DNA of 64,000 bases. It comes from Lingula anatina. Taxonomy: Eukaryota > Animalia > Brachiopoda. Both the position numbers and the translations under genes were made by a program. A model generated the notes under the pieces. The model was not told the origin of the DNA. It searched no databases and saw only the letters and a program-made list of their open reading frames with translations. Below, in pieces: positions 1-12,695 of the stretch (the first letter of the stretch is position 1; each line of letters starts with the position of its first letter). The DNA lies in contig CM120645.1 in assembly GCA_051362555.1 (NCBI GenBank), forward strand, positions 18,662,001 through 18,726,000. The letters run 5' to 3'.

Positions 1-1222
1 CTTTGTGACTAAGTATAACAGCAAAGCTTAGAGGGATTCCTGTTTGTTAGGGTATTTCAAGGGGTTTGTGATGTAATAACATTATTGTTAATTAGGTCAT
101 TTATCAAAAGACAAATGTATTATCACTGATGTGTTAAAAAGGTTTTCTGTAGAGCATTGTGCTGTGTTTAAGTCTCATTTTGTCTCTGAATTGGACATGG
201 CTACATCAGTTGCAGTACAAAGTTAACAAATGTACCAGAAGATGAACAAAGTGGATATAATATGCTATCTGTTCATCTTTAGAAGTAAACATTTAATTGA
301 TGTTTCAACACCTTCTGAATTTAGTATCATTTTGACTTAGGCTTTTATTTGTTATTAAGAAGATGCAGAGAAAATTTAGTCACATTTTTGAGTTATTGAA
401 TTTAAGAAGTCTTAGCTTTTTTCATAATTTCATGGTGCTTAAACAAAAATGAAAGGTTTTTTGTTTTGTTTATATTGAAGTTGATATAAAACTGTGAACT
501 ATGCAGTGCTATTTTAGTCAGGGAGCACTTATTTCAATGTCAATATTGAATTAGACAGAGCTATACTACACGGTTTTCATGCCTTTATCTTTTACAAAGA
601 TTAAATTTTTTTGAAGAAAAGTTGTGAGTTCAAATAACCACTTATTTAAAAGCTGTATCACACAATTGGAAGGTCGTTGCTCAATTTGAACTAACTCTTG
701 CTCTTTTCGACACTTAGTATTTAAGAATTAAAGGGGCTCAGGGATATTATTCAATGATAAAATGCACAAGAAGCATGAATCAGTAGAAACTTAGAATAGC
801 AATAACACTGCATTTTAGAAGAGAGAGTCAAATGATGTTTTCAACTGACATCAAGTCCAGTTTGTAACCGACTTAGAATGTTATATTTTTATTGGACAGG
901 TAGTGGCAGTAAAATGACAATGAAAGTGGTTAGACACAGTGTCGTTGACTTGTTGGCAGTCAGTATTATATTGAAACATGTACCTACATAAAATTTTATC
1001 CAGAGGAGACTTTTTCCAGGCAAAAAGGGGGGTTCTTTTGAACCCCCTGTCCCCCCCCTCACTATGGGCCTCATTCATAGGACACGATGGCCCTTTTCGG
1101 CTTAAACTTGCAGATATGAGCTTTTTCTGTGTAAATGCTGAATTCCGCATTTTTTAATTCAATTCCTAAGGCAACCCCCTGACCTCTGGCTGGTAAAGTG
1201 TTAGGTCTCATGATAAATGTTC

Positions 1223-1265
<43 letters not shown>

Positions 1266-1729
1266 GGCTCGTGTCTGAATTTGATCCTTGTGCCCTTCCT
1301 ACCTCGGGTAAAATAAAAGATACAGGTTGCCAGTGCTGGCTCAGGGTCACCTATATGGATCTATTATATTATTAGATTGGGCAAGAAGCTATATAACTTC
1401 TTGGATTGGGCAACTTAGCTGAATGATGATCGCTATAGCACTATGGTTGAGCAAGAAGTTATGTTTTTATATACATTGAAATTAAAGAAATATAGATAGA
1501 TTAAAGCAATATAGTTCTGTAAAATTATTGCATGTTCACTTTTTGCTGCGCTGCAAATTTCTTCAGACCTACCTACACCGTGTGCCATTAAAATGGCGAT
1601 GAATGATTTATGAATAGTTTTCAACTGATACATATGAAAAGAATACAACAAAGATAAAAAAAGAAAGAAAACACAAAAAGGTAACCTTTTCTGGAGACCT
1701 TTTCCCTACCAGGTAGAGGGGGGGGGGGG

Positions 1730-1883
1730 CGTTGTGACAGGAATGGAAGTTCGGGGTCCCATATGATATGTACAGGTGAGGGTTAGTTGGAGTATTGGGG
1801 TTAGTATATGGGGCGAATGTCACCTGATCAAAGTAATGGAGAGCGGACTGCGGTTCCTGGCGGACTTCCATTCCTGTAACACC
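1730..1883. mobile_element. Short MITE-like element with GGTTAG-type core
   Basis: Imperfect terminal inverted repeats gtgacaggaatggaagttcg / cggacttccattcctgtaacac around an agggttag...ggggttag core; motifs resemble the element at 54310-54470. Confidence 0.45.
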
Positions 1884-2870
1884 TATTATGTAGGATCAGT
1901 AATTTATCACGACGCACGTGTGACCCGCTTAGAACTACGCTTACCCGAATACATAACCTATTTAAACACACTTAAAGCGCCAGTTTATGTTGTTGTTTTT
2001 TTAATTTTTTTTATTTGTCTCTCCGAAGCAGTGTTCAAATATACAAGAATGTTACATAATCAATGAGTAGCGTAGCACCTGTGCTTCATAGTGTTTTCAT
2101 ATTGGAAGCACAAATACTATTATCGCATTTGCTGTTAACTTAGCTTAAGCCAGGTTAAGAAGAAGTGAATTGAACAGCAAATTGGTAATATTGTGGGAGT
2201 AATGTGTGAGTAGAACGACAGCTGGTGAACACTAAATTGGGTGAAAACTCTAAGAAATATCACATGGTAAAATAATTAAAACTGATAGATTTTTTCTTTA
2301 ACTTTATCTTGGTCAGTAAATGTAAACAGATCGAGACACTGTATACAGACGTCGGGCATTACTTATCACACAGAGCATATAGACCACACAGGCTGTTGTG
2401 GGAAGATCATCTCCAGTTGTTGATCCACACTGAGCTTTCCACAATTCATGAGACGGTAAGTACTTACATTTTATGAATTTACTATGTAGCAGACACACTG
2501 AAAAATGAAAAACTTAAATGAACAATTAGACTGTACTGCGTACGGGAGGGGGAGTTCACTATAGTGGTTGTGCAGAGTCGAGAAATGTGGCCATTTGCAG
2601 TGTCAGTGCGTTTACGATGCATATGTATGAAGCGATGTAAACAGCGACTGCTTTTCACGTCAGTCCTAAATCAAAGGTGTACAGCAACTCGGCTGTCCGC
2701 CTCTCTAGTCCTTAGCCGAATCTTGTTCTCATAAATTTTCTATTCAGGAATCAACTATTTTTGCACATACATCGACAATCTATTTGCTACAGGCTAAAGA
2801 AAATAGTAGGATCGTAATACAAGTAGCCATTTTAAGTAGCTTTTCATTTTATATCCAATGATTGCAGATA

Positions 2871-4526
2871 ATGGAGAATCCATCCGTCAACAACACCGAC
2901 TCTCCTAGAATAACGCTGCACCGTTCCTTCGACAAAGTAGCAGAGGAATGTCCAGACCAAGACGCATGCGTAATCTATCATTCAGAGGATGACCGTGAGT
3001 CTGTGACTTTCTCTCAGTTGCGTAAACAATCGGAGCAGTTTGCTGTCATGCTGCTCACCAAGGGACTTCGAAAGGGTGATATCGTCGGTCTTCTGTCTAC
3101 CAATTCTGTGGATTTTGTCGTTGCCTTCCTTGGTTTGTCTCGCATAGGGGCCCCTGTGCTGATGCTACGGTATGGAAGCACCGCGGAGGAAGTCTGCAGG
3201 TTATTGACAAAACATGACTGTAAAGGTTTGGTTGGAAGCGTGGACTCAAATCAAGATTCAGAAATAATCTCAAGCATTGAACACCTAATAAAAAAGGATC
3301 GAAGAAATGAGCATTTTGTCATAATAAAGCAGACCCCAGACGAGGACAATGCTTCCAGTCAGGTAGGCTTTTTGAGCAGTGAAACAAAACTGAAACCCGA
3401 CCTGCACTTTCCAGATGTAGGTCCTGAAGATACGTGCGCCATATTCCTTACATCTGGTAGTACGGGAGAACCAAAAGCTATGCAGTTTCGTCATCGAGCA
3501 TTAGTCTCCAGAACGCATCCATGGGGCGAGTTCATGTTTTCGGACATTGAGAGAGCTACTTTTTTTAATGACCGCCCGATGGCGTGGACAGGTGGCTTTT
3601 ATATGATACTTAACATGTGCATCTTCGGCGCTTGCACAGTTTCAGTGAATTCTAACCTTTCTGTGGCAAGTGGAGAGATAAACTTCGTCGTGGACGTCAT
3701 GAGGAATGAAAAATGCACACACGCACTACTTATGAATTATCTACTCGTCGACCTCATGCATTACGACGGTCAACAACAGCCCTCTTTGCATTTGAAATAC
3801 GTCATCACGGCTGGACAGAAAGCCGATCATGGGGCGCTGATGCATGTCTTCACTGTTTTTCCGGAGGCCACGCTCGTATACATGTACGGTGCCGGTGAGA
3901 CGGGAATTGTTTTGTACCAATGCCATACCGACACAAGTACGCTGGATGACGATGGTTTTAATATTCACCAAGGCGTTGACATCAAGCTAATTGACAGTAG
4001 TGGTGAAACCGTGGAATCCGGGGCATCGGGAGAGATTTGCATTCGCTCACCAGCTCTCTTCGAAGGATACCACAATAATTCTGAAGCAACCAGTAAAGCA
4101 CGGCTTCCAGACAACTGGTTTCGCTCGGGTGATGTGGGAGTCAAAAGGCAAGATGGAAGATTCGTGCTGCTTGGTCGATCAGATGATATGATAAAGCGAG
4201 CAACTGTAAAAGTCTTTCCCGTCGAAGTCGAGAGAGTCCTTCGTCAACATCCGTGTATTAAAGAAGTGGTCGTGGTTGGGGTTCCGGATCAGCGTCTATT
4301 TGAGGATCTCTGTGCATGCATCATACCACGTGACCCTAAAGCATTCGACGAAGCCGACTTCCTTATTTGGTGTAAAGCACAATTCTCCGTCGGACCGGAT
4401 GGTCTCTCTTTGACCCCAACTTATGTTCTTGTATTTGATCAATATCCGAAGACTCGCACTGGAAAAACCAGCAGGAAGGACCTCAAAGAGGAGGCTAAAA
4501 AGCGAGTGCAAATTGCACAGGTTTGA
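2871..4526 (+). CDS. Acyl-CoA synthetase / AMP-binding enzyme (ANL superfamily; ACSF2, 4CL, luciferase-like), copy 1, single coding exon, 551 aa
   Basis: Uninterrupted ORF; first true ATG at 2871 (track start 2862 is TTG). Adenylation motifs: FLTSGSTGEPK (P-loop), YGAGE, WFRSGDVG, GRSDDMIK, PKTRTGK (A10 Lys). Confidence 0.93.
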   Translation: MENPSVNNTDSPRITLHRSFDKVAEECPDQDACVIYHSEDDRESVTFSQLRKQSEQFAVMLLTKGLRKGDIVGLLSTNSVDFVVAFLGLSRIGAPVLMLRYGSTAEEVCRLLTKHDCKGLVGSVDSNQDSEIISSIEHLIKKDRRNEHFVIIKQTPDEDNASSQVGFLSSETKLKPDLHFPDVGPEDTCAIFLTSGSTGEPKAMQFRHRALVSRTHPWGEFMFSDIERATFFNDRPMAWTGGFYMILNMCIFGACTVSVNSNLSVASGEINFVVDVMRNEKCTHALLMNYLLVDLMHYDGQQQPSLHLKYVITAGQKADHGALMHVFTVFPEATLVYMYGAGETGIVLYQCHTDTSTLDDDGFNIHQGVDIKLIDSSGETVESGASGEICIRSPALFEGYHNNSEATSKARLPDNWFRSGDVGVKRQDGRFVLLGRSDDMIKRATVKVFPVEVERVLRQHPCIKEVVVVGVPDQRLFEDLCACIIPRDPKAFDEADFLIWCKAQFSVGPDGLSLTPTYVLVFDQYPKTRTGKTSRKDLKEEAKKRVQIAQV

Positions 4527-6046
4527 GTCACTATTGACGCATTAATTAACGCTTTTAGACTTCCTGTAGTAGCCCCAAGTTCCATTGTAGTTTTACAAGG
4601 TTGTTTATAGGCATTATCGATAAAACCAGAAAAAGAAATTATGTAGATCAGTAGGCAAAAGGCGAACAAGTGTTTTGAAAACGAAAACAATAGATGAATA
4701 CTCGAGACATGTTCAAAATATTTCTGTAAGGATCATAATTTAGTAAAGTGGTTTAAGTAACTGTAATCCTGAGGCAAATATTTGTTTTCAGTATATTAGG
4801 AATCTAATTTTATTTGATTTATTTCCTGCCACACATAGGCATCTTTGAAACGACCGTAGAAAAAACTCCTGTATAAGACAAAGAAATGTTGTTTATTGAA
4901 AATTGTTCGCAATATCATTTTACTAAATGGATAGAAAGCAAAAACTATATTTGAATAAAATTGAAAATTATACTTAAAATCATGTTCCTCATGGCGTTCA
5001 TCTCCATCATTTTGGGGTAGAGTCGCAGGCAGTTAACAACAGATGGCAGAATATATATTAGGCATAGATTATTAATTTATTCATTTGATATAAAACATTG
5101 TTTTCTATGAGACAGCATGAATATCTTATAATTAACGTTCTATTGAATGATCAATAACTCTACACAAAGGACGAGTTGAAAATATAAAATTTATGAGTCC
5201 TTTATTCATCACTATTTAATTTTTTCATTCATTTTAATTTGTCGTTTTAATTTTTATTTCATTTCTGTTTTAGTGTTATTTCTTCTTAATTAATTATTTT
5301 ATTTTATTTAATTATATACTAATATTTTTGTGATATCCGTGCCCTGTATAGCATGAGCACTAAATTAGTGAGTTTGAGGAAACTGCTGACCTACTTTATC
5401 GCAATGTTTTGAATAGGTACGTAACAAATGTGCAGCTGTAGACCATGTACGCCCTCACATGACGTGGCATATGAGATTTTGTTCCCTTGGACTCAAGTTC
5501 GTCCTGTCAACATGTAGGCAGTTCGTTATCACACAAAAATCGGGTCACGACAGATTGATACGGTGGAATGTCCATAAGCAAGTGGCGTGCACTGGAACCT
5601 ATACTCGAAATACGGTCAGTAGCCCTATTGGAATGGATTCTGTATTTAACGCACTTGCTGAGAGCAGTAGCGCCTTGAACTCAGGCGATGACAGTCATAC
5701 AGCAGTGATGATAGTATTCTAGTAGTCATTCTGGCCAACAAGCACACACACTACAAACACTTGATAGTGATATCAGTTAAGTAATGATTTATTAGGACGA
5801 AGGGGTGGGGGCGGACGCGAAAAGTGCTATAATGTCGGCATTTATAAAGACAGGTTAGGGACCTACCGGTATACACCGTGCAGGTTATTCGAACAGGGAT
5901 CGAATTAATGTCACAACAGTCAGCTAGTGTGATTGTCCGAGCGGTGACATTGTTAAATGGAACGTCCATTGTACTATTTATAGGAAGACCAAAATAACAT
6001 TGTTTGCAAAAGATGCGTGCTGCATCAGGTGTTCCATATTCTACGA

Positions 6047-6048
<2 letters not shown>

Positions 6049-6095
<47 letters not shown>
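6049..6095. repeat. (TA)n microsatellite
   Basis: Direct reading. Confidence 0.95.
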
Positions 6096-6098
<3 letters not shown>

Positions 6099-6360
6099 CA
6101 TACAGGTATACCAGTATGTAAAGTGGGTTACCAACGGTGCTATTGCAATAGCGTTTAATAGAGGGGGTCATAGTTATCACGCACAAACACGCATTTTACG
6201 TTGAGTGTATATTTTTAAAATGTTCTAAAGATAATCGAATCTTTTCTGCGCTGATTCTGTAGCATCCAATAGTCTATGATTAAAATATGATTTGTAAACA
6301 TCGTTGGTGAAAAACTGACCTCAAGTGTGCGTAACGCTAAACTGCTGCCTCAAGTCTTAA

Positions 6361-6585
6361 AGTCCCCTTTGCACTGGACGGCGTCCTTTCTGCGTCCTGT
6401 AGCTCGGTCCCGTTTGAGAGTTAAAAAATATAATAATTTACATGCCGAAAACTGGTCGATCATTAAGCATTCATTCTGCAAACAAAGCAATGATTGTGCC
6501 TCCTTATTATGACCACAGTGATGCCTGCAGTTCCATCTATCTCACAAAGGACGCAGAAAGGATGCCGTCCAGTGTAAAGGGGGTT
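6361..6585. mobile_element. PIF/Harbinger-like MITE
   Basis: ~38-bp TIRs agtcccctttgcactggacggcgtcctttctgcgtcct / aggacgcagaaaggatgccgtccagtgtaaagggggtt, with TAA on both flanks (6358-6360, 6586-6588). Confidence 0.75.
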
Positions 6586-6716
6586 TAAATCAGAGGTAAA
6601 TTGACAGTGGGATTAATAGTTTAAATCTGTCCTTTCCTACATGCAATGTCATAGCTATTTTGTAATTTTTGAATCAATTCTTTTTTAGATTTCATTCTAC
6701 TTTCATTTCACAGAAA

Positions 6717-8381
6717 ATGGAGAAACCTTTCCCCACCTATGTTCATGGCCAGAGCCTAACGTTTCTCGATTCTTTCGACAAAATAGCAGAAAAATTCCCT
6801 GAGCGTGACGCATGTATAGTCTACCATGCAAAAGACGTACGCGAGTCTGTGACTTTCGCTGAACTGCGTAAGCAATCAATACAGTTTGCTGTAATGCTGC
6901 TCACCAAGGGACTTCGAAAGGGTGATATCGTCGGTCTTCTGTCTACCAATTCTGTGGATTTTGTCGTTGCCTTCCTTGGCTTGTCTCGCATAGGGGCCCC
7001 TGTGCTGATGCTACGGTATGGAAGCACCGCGGAGGAAGTCTGCAGTTTATTGACAAAACATGATTGTAAAGGTTTGGTGGGAAGCATTTATTCAGACCGG
7101 GATGCCGAAGTCATTACAAGCATAGAGCAAAAAATGTCAAGGGAACACCGAAATAATACTTTTGTCGTGATAAGTCAGATCCTTCTCGACAAGCGTAGTG
7201 CTTCGTGCAGTTCAAAAACTGACGGTGAAAATACTAATTTGTCACATATTTCCGAAGAAATGCATTTTCCCAAGGTAGGGCCAGACGACGCATGCGCCAT
7301 ATTTTTCACCTCCGGAAGTACGGGAGAGCCAAAAGCCATACAAAATAACCATCGTGCTTTTGTTGCCAGAACCCGTATAATGCGCGAGTTTTCGTTTACA
7401 GAAGCAGCTTCTTTCTTTAATGACCGCCCGATGGCGTGGACAGGTGGTGCCTACACAATACTAAACATGTGTATCTTTGGAACATGCGCAGTCACGATCA
7501 ACTCTAACTTCACTGTTGCCAGCGGGGAGGTCGATTTCGTCATGACCATCTTGCGAGATGAAAAATGCACGCATGCCATTCTAATGAATTATCTTCTCGT
7601 GGATTTCATGCATAGCAACAATCCAAACAACAAACCCTCACATCTCAAATATGTCTTAACTGGCGGACAAAAAGCCGACCACGCATCGCTGGTCCATGTT
7701 TTAACCGCATTGCCGACAATAACACTGGTATACCTGTATGGTGTGGGTGAGGCGGGAATTGTTTTGTATCAATGTCATACTGACACGAGCACGTTAGATG
7801 ACGATGGTTTTAATATTCACCAAGGCGCTGACATCAAGCTAATTAACAGCAGTGGTGAAACCGTGGAACCTGGGGCATCGGGAGAGATTTGCATTCGCTC
7901 ACCAGCTCTCTTCGAAGGATACCACAATAATTCTGAAGCAACCAGTAAAGCACGGCTTCCAGACAACTGGTTTCGCTCGGGTGACGTGGGAGTCAAAAGG
8001 CAAGATGGAAGAATCGTGCTGCTTGGTCGATCAGATGATATGATAAAGCGAGCAACTGTAAAGGTCTTTCCCGTCGAAGTCGAGAGAGTCCTTCGTCAAC
8101 ATCCGTGTATTAAAGAAGTGGTCGTGGTTGGGGTTCCGGATCAGCGTCTATTTGAGGATCTCTGTGCATGCATCATACCACGTGACCCTAAAGCATTCGA
8201 CGAAGCCGACTTCCTCATTTGGTGTAAAGCACAATTCTCCGTCGGACCGGATGGTCTCTCTTTGGCCCCAACTTATGTTCTTGTATTTGATCAATATCCG
8301 AAGACTCGCACTGGAAAAACCAGCAGGAAGGATCTGAAAGAGGAGGCTAAAAAGCGAGTGCACATTGTTTCAAGCAAATAG
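6717..8381 (+). CDS. Acyl-CoA synthetase / AMP-binding enzyme, copy 2, single coding exon, 554 aa
   Basis: ATG at 6717 aligns with the copy 1 start; motifs FFTSGSTGEPK, YGVGE, WFRSGDVG, GRSDDMIK, PKTRTGK. Confidence 0.93.
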   Translation: MEKPFPTYVHGQSLTFLDSFDKIAEKFPERDACIVYHAKDVRESVTFAELRKQSIQFAVMLLTKGLRKGDIVGLLSTNSVDFVVAFLGLSRIGAPVLMLRYGSTAEEVCSLLTKHDCKGLVGSIYSDRDAEVITSIEQKMSREHRNNTFVVISQILLDKRSASCSSKTDGENTNLSHISEEMHFPKVGPDDACAIFFTSGSTGEPKAIQNNHRAFVARTRIMREFSFTEAASFFNDRPMAWTGGAYTILNMCIFGTCAVTINSNFTVASGEVDFVMTILRDEKCTHAILMNYLLVDFMHSNNPNNKPSHLKYVLTGGQKADHASLVHVLTALPTITLVYLYGVGEAGIVLYQCHTDTSTLDDDGFNIHQGADIKLINSSGETVEPGASGEICIRSPALFEGYHNNSEATSKARLPDNWFRSGDVGVKRQDGRIVLLGRSDDMIKRATVKVFPVEVERVLRQHPCIKEVVVVGVPDQRLFEDLCACIIPRDPKAFDEADFLIWCKAQFSVGPDGLSLAPTYVLVFDQYPKTRTGKTSRKDLKEEAKKRVHIVSSK

Positions 8382-10263
8382 TGCAGGATTGTTCAAATTG
8401 CAAAAATGTGTAGCAACTAGGAAATTAAGACTAATCAATGTCGGAAGCACAAGTAATGACATCACCTGGATCAGACGCATTTGAGTTGTCAAACTTTGTC
8501 AAATTTATGAAGTAGTACTGAAAAAACGAGTGGATTTTATAGATTTACATGTCATTCGAAGAACACTTGGGATTATAAAACACAAAAAGATTTCATATTT
8601 CCATGATTACTTGAATGTGACAGTTGCAATATTTTCATAAATAATTGCAATAGAAATAGAAATTGTCGCACAGTAGTCATTCTGAATTTTTTACCGTAAT
8701 TGAAATTGTCTGTCTTTGGTTAAAGATATGCAAAGGAGTTTGTTTTAAATATTGCCCAAATTGTGACTAAAAGACGAATCTTCTTAATTAAGGATTCGAC
8801 AACACCATCAACATTGTACATGAGCTTTTTGACACTGTTTTCATATCTGTATTCATTTTATGAAATGACAAAAGGTTAAAGTGTATTCAAGTCACAAGTA
8901 AAACATAAGACACATGGTCAAAAGACAACAAAGTCAACAACCTATAAATAACAGTCGTAAATAAAATGCACCCCTCCCACAGCTCGTCTTCATGAAAAAA
9001 ATTCATTTACAGTTATAGATAAATTATTCCATCTGTGAAATATTACTAGATATCAAGTATAATGACTAATGTGCTGGATTTTGCTATTATGATCACGGCA
9101 AATCACTTATCCGGGATGAAAATCCATTGTGCCTTGTTAGATAACAATAACTAAATAATCTTTAAAACGAGGCTTTTGTACGGAGAATGGACGATCTGTA
9201 CATTGTCATGTAAATCATACAAGCATTCTGGTGAAATGTGTTCAGGTAGGACCATAGTCAGTGCAAAACGGAGAAAGAAGCCCTATGCCACACGTAGGCC
9301 CAACATACTGACAACGGCAACAATCTCCTGTAAGTACTGTAAGGTGTACTTCTAATGAGGGATTGCCTCATCTGCGTTGACCATAACTGTATTTTACCAA
9401 AATAGTACATTTTGTAATTAAGTTATTATAACGATGCAGGCAACTTATTGAGGTGAACGATACGTTACCTTAAATTTTCAAAACCGACTTGCCGTTTTAT
9501 TCAATGATTTTATTATACTCTGTTATTTTTCCAGAAGAGACGCATTTGCCAATAAAGACGTATGGGGTTTGTGCCAGCTGTGTAAAGACCTGAACGAGTT
9601 TCACCAGTGTAAAACGACCAGACAGGTAATCCCATTTGCTGCCCTTTAATGCGCTCATTTTATTGTTGATGACACCGATCTCTTTTCTGTCAAACCCACC
9701 CACACCAAAGAAGCCAAACAAGACAAAACCAAGTCGCTTTTATTCCTATGTCCTACCAATTAGGTCTGTGGTAACATTATCTTCGCCTTTTGTTTTATAT
9801 TTTCCTAGAAGCAAGACATTGTTTTATCTCCCCCCCCCTTCTGCCAAATGTCAAAATTTATTCACTTTCATTTCTTTGAATATCTGCGTAATCCAAGCAC
9901 CTGTATCATTTTTACTGTGCTTATATATGAATCTTAATACATAATGTTGCTGTTAAGCATGGCGTACAGAGTATAAAAGAATAGAAATGATGCTATTATA
10001 AGGCGTGTGATTGAATAAAACCTGTTACATAAATATTCGTTGAGTTTAGAAATTAAATACAATTCCTTAAAACAATGCTATGTAAACCGCTTACACATCG
10101 TTCCGGGCATCTAAATATTTCGTTTTATTTCAGTGACTCTTAACCACCATAACGAGGCGGATGGATATGCTTCCTCCTCCAGAGACATCAGATTCACTTA
10201 CGACATCGCCCACCTCCATGCCAAGATTGTCTCGGTTGCCGAAGTTTGTCTTCTTGTTAATCG

Positions 10264-10421
10264 CAGGGTTGACGTTTAATATGGAATATAATGATTACTC
10301 TCGGTTGTACTATTCAAAACGTGTATCAAGTGATAAATGGACGTATCCAGCATTTTAATTCATGAAATTCTGAACAAGAAAAGAAAGTGGTGGACTAAAG
10401 CTATGTTAAGCGTCAACCCTG
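10264..10421. mobile_element. Small MITE with CAGGG termini (hAT-like)
   Basis: 19-bp imperfect TIR cagggttgacgtttaatat / atgttaagcgtcaaccctg; no clear TSD. Confidence 0.5.
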
Positions 10422-12451
10422 ATTTAATATCCCACATATAAAAAGGTATAAAGGAAACCTTTTCGTAATACACGTTGTGTTCAGTTGAAGGAGACAGCGA
10501 TGTGCATAGTTACAATAATCTAATTAAGGTGTACCCAAGATTATTACAATTCAAAAATTATATTGACATTGTTATGAAACTGGTTAAATGCGTTTAATTT
10601 TTTGCAGAATTGCCGTTACGTATTGAAGCGATCTTTCTCAACACTGTGAATATGGATATGCGATTGTAACGCATGCTAAAGAACCTTTTTGTTTCTCTGT
10701 ATTTTTACACTCTGTGTGTGTGTGTGTCCAGAGACAGACCCATATTTTCAGTGCTGGAGGGGCGTCAATATGTTAGTTTAAAGAAATGTTAAACCATATG
10801 ATGGATAGAAAAAAATTCCCGAAATAATTTTGTATTTGTTAATGTAATAGGAGAATATGTACGGTGTGTTGATGATAAGAAAATGTCCCTACTTTGGCTA
10901 CGCGCATTGAGTTCATTTATGTGTTGTTCTCAAGTTTTTTTTCGCTATCAGAAGTAGAAATGGTAAATGTTTACAAAAAAAATCGGTCAATTATAGGCAG
11001 TCATTTATTCCACATCTTTTCACTATTAAAAGGTCGATGTAGGACTGGCATTTGTCATAACCTTTGAGAGATTTTGAAAAATCCTTATCTTATTGTAGCA
11101 TTGTTATTGAAAGCTCAATTTGGGTGGGATTCACAAGTATACCTAAAAACAAATGCAGTTTTATAACCCGCCTTCTTTGGTCAGTCTTGTACAAATAAAA
11201 TATGAAACAATTTTATTGGAAATTTGCAAAAAAATATTCAAAATAAATACATAACACTTAGTTTTGGTAGATTATTTTAGGAGTTTTTGTGGTTTGGTCA
11301 GTTATTTACCGAACTATTATCTAAGGAAATACCTTTTGACAGCATTTTGTTTCTCTTAACAACTAGTGATTCCATATTCCATCAAAATTAAATATAATTA
11401 CACTGTTTAGTTTGAAATGTCCAGTCAAAGTTTTTTAAAAATCAAGGGGTGATTGAGAAAGAAATATCTTATTTGATGTCAGTCCTGCACGTCCTGTTGG
11501 GTTATTTTAACTGAGCGTTCTTGGATCACGGAACACCAAAAATCGGAGTTCAGTTTATTGGAATTTTCTAAATGAATGTAATGAGTTATTTCATACTTAT
11601 TGATTTTTATAACCTTTTTAACTTTGTTTGGATATCATTCTTTTAAATGGCTCTTGCTGGGATAAGCTTGTAAACTGACCGTGTATTTATGCCGTTCCTG
11701 ATTCACATGCTGTGCAAATTTAGGTTTTTACCCAACGTACTTATTTTGGTTTTTTTTTTATTTGAAGAAAAAATAATGTTAAACTTGAGATGGGCGCAAT
11801 AAACATTTCATCTAAAATGCGGGTGGAACTGGTTTTGCATATGAATGTGATCATCAGCAGGACGGCATAGAACAAGGTTTACACGTGCATGCGGACGGGG
11901 GTAACCCTTACACGAGATTATATTTATTTTGAATATGTACAAAAATGTTCTTCTATTACATTTGTCATCAATTGTAAGACGAGCACTGTCAACTGAACTG
12001 AAGCTGAAGAGTACATGAATAAAGCCAATTTTCCAGTTTGTATGTTAATTCTTGCCTAAACCCTGTATATTTGATATTCTGGTTATACAGCATTATGTCG
12101 ATTATAGTATTCCTAAACTTTTTTATAGAGCCAAAGAATTATAATCTTAAGCAGCAAAGTTCGAAATGCATAAAATATTTGGCATTTTTTTAGAGATAGC
12201 GGACATTTAAAAGTATGTTTATTATTTGTTCATATTACAAAACATTAATATATAATTCAAAATACGTTGCAGGTGGTGACTGGTAATATAGAGATCAAAA
12301 ATGTACTTGTATGGTATTGATACTTTTGTGATACTCTGTATGCTACAATTGTTAGAATTGATTTGGACAATAATAAACGCTAATATGTAGGCCCTATACT
12401 TTGTGTCTATGAGCAAAATGTGGAATTTTTCTGTTGCAGCTTTCTTTTCTG

Positions 12452-12695
12452 TAGTTCCTCGATTCGAACCGGTGTCTGGTACTTGCTATTCTCTGCAGAC
12501 AATTCCGCCTTCTTACCTACTGAGCAACTGACTCTGCCCACGACCACAGCGTCGCATATTCATTTTGTACAAGTTGGTCTCTTATTTAGATTTTTAAAGC
12601 AAAAGGTAATTTGCTTGGACCCAGGAGCACCGGGATTTGAACCGGGATCTTCTGACTCGGAGGCAAGCGTGCTATCCACTCCTCTAAGTGTTCCC
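12452..12695 (-). repeat. Two tandem degenerate tRNA-like units (tRNA-derived repeat or pseudo-tRNAs)
   Basis: Unit 12624-12695 on the - strand has an A box TAGAGGAGTGG, B box GGTTCAAATCC and a 6/7-bp acceptor stem; the CTCCGAGTCAGAAGAT segment resembles tRNA-Arg. Unit 12452-12532 has TTGCTCAGTAGG and GGTTCGAATC. Stems are mismatched. Confidence 0.6.

Noticed and set aside
2862-2870. ORF-track starts at 2862, 6669, 29083 and 26093
   Set aside because: These are TTG/GTG codons. True ATGs are at 2871, 6717 and 29071, and 26093 lies inside exon 2 of the receptor.
12624-12695. Functional tRNA gene
   Set aside because: D-stem and anticodon stem do not pair and the T-stem has a mismatch; treated as a tRNA-derived repeat.
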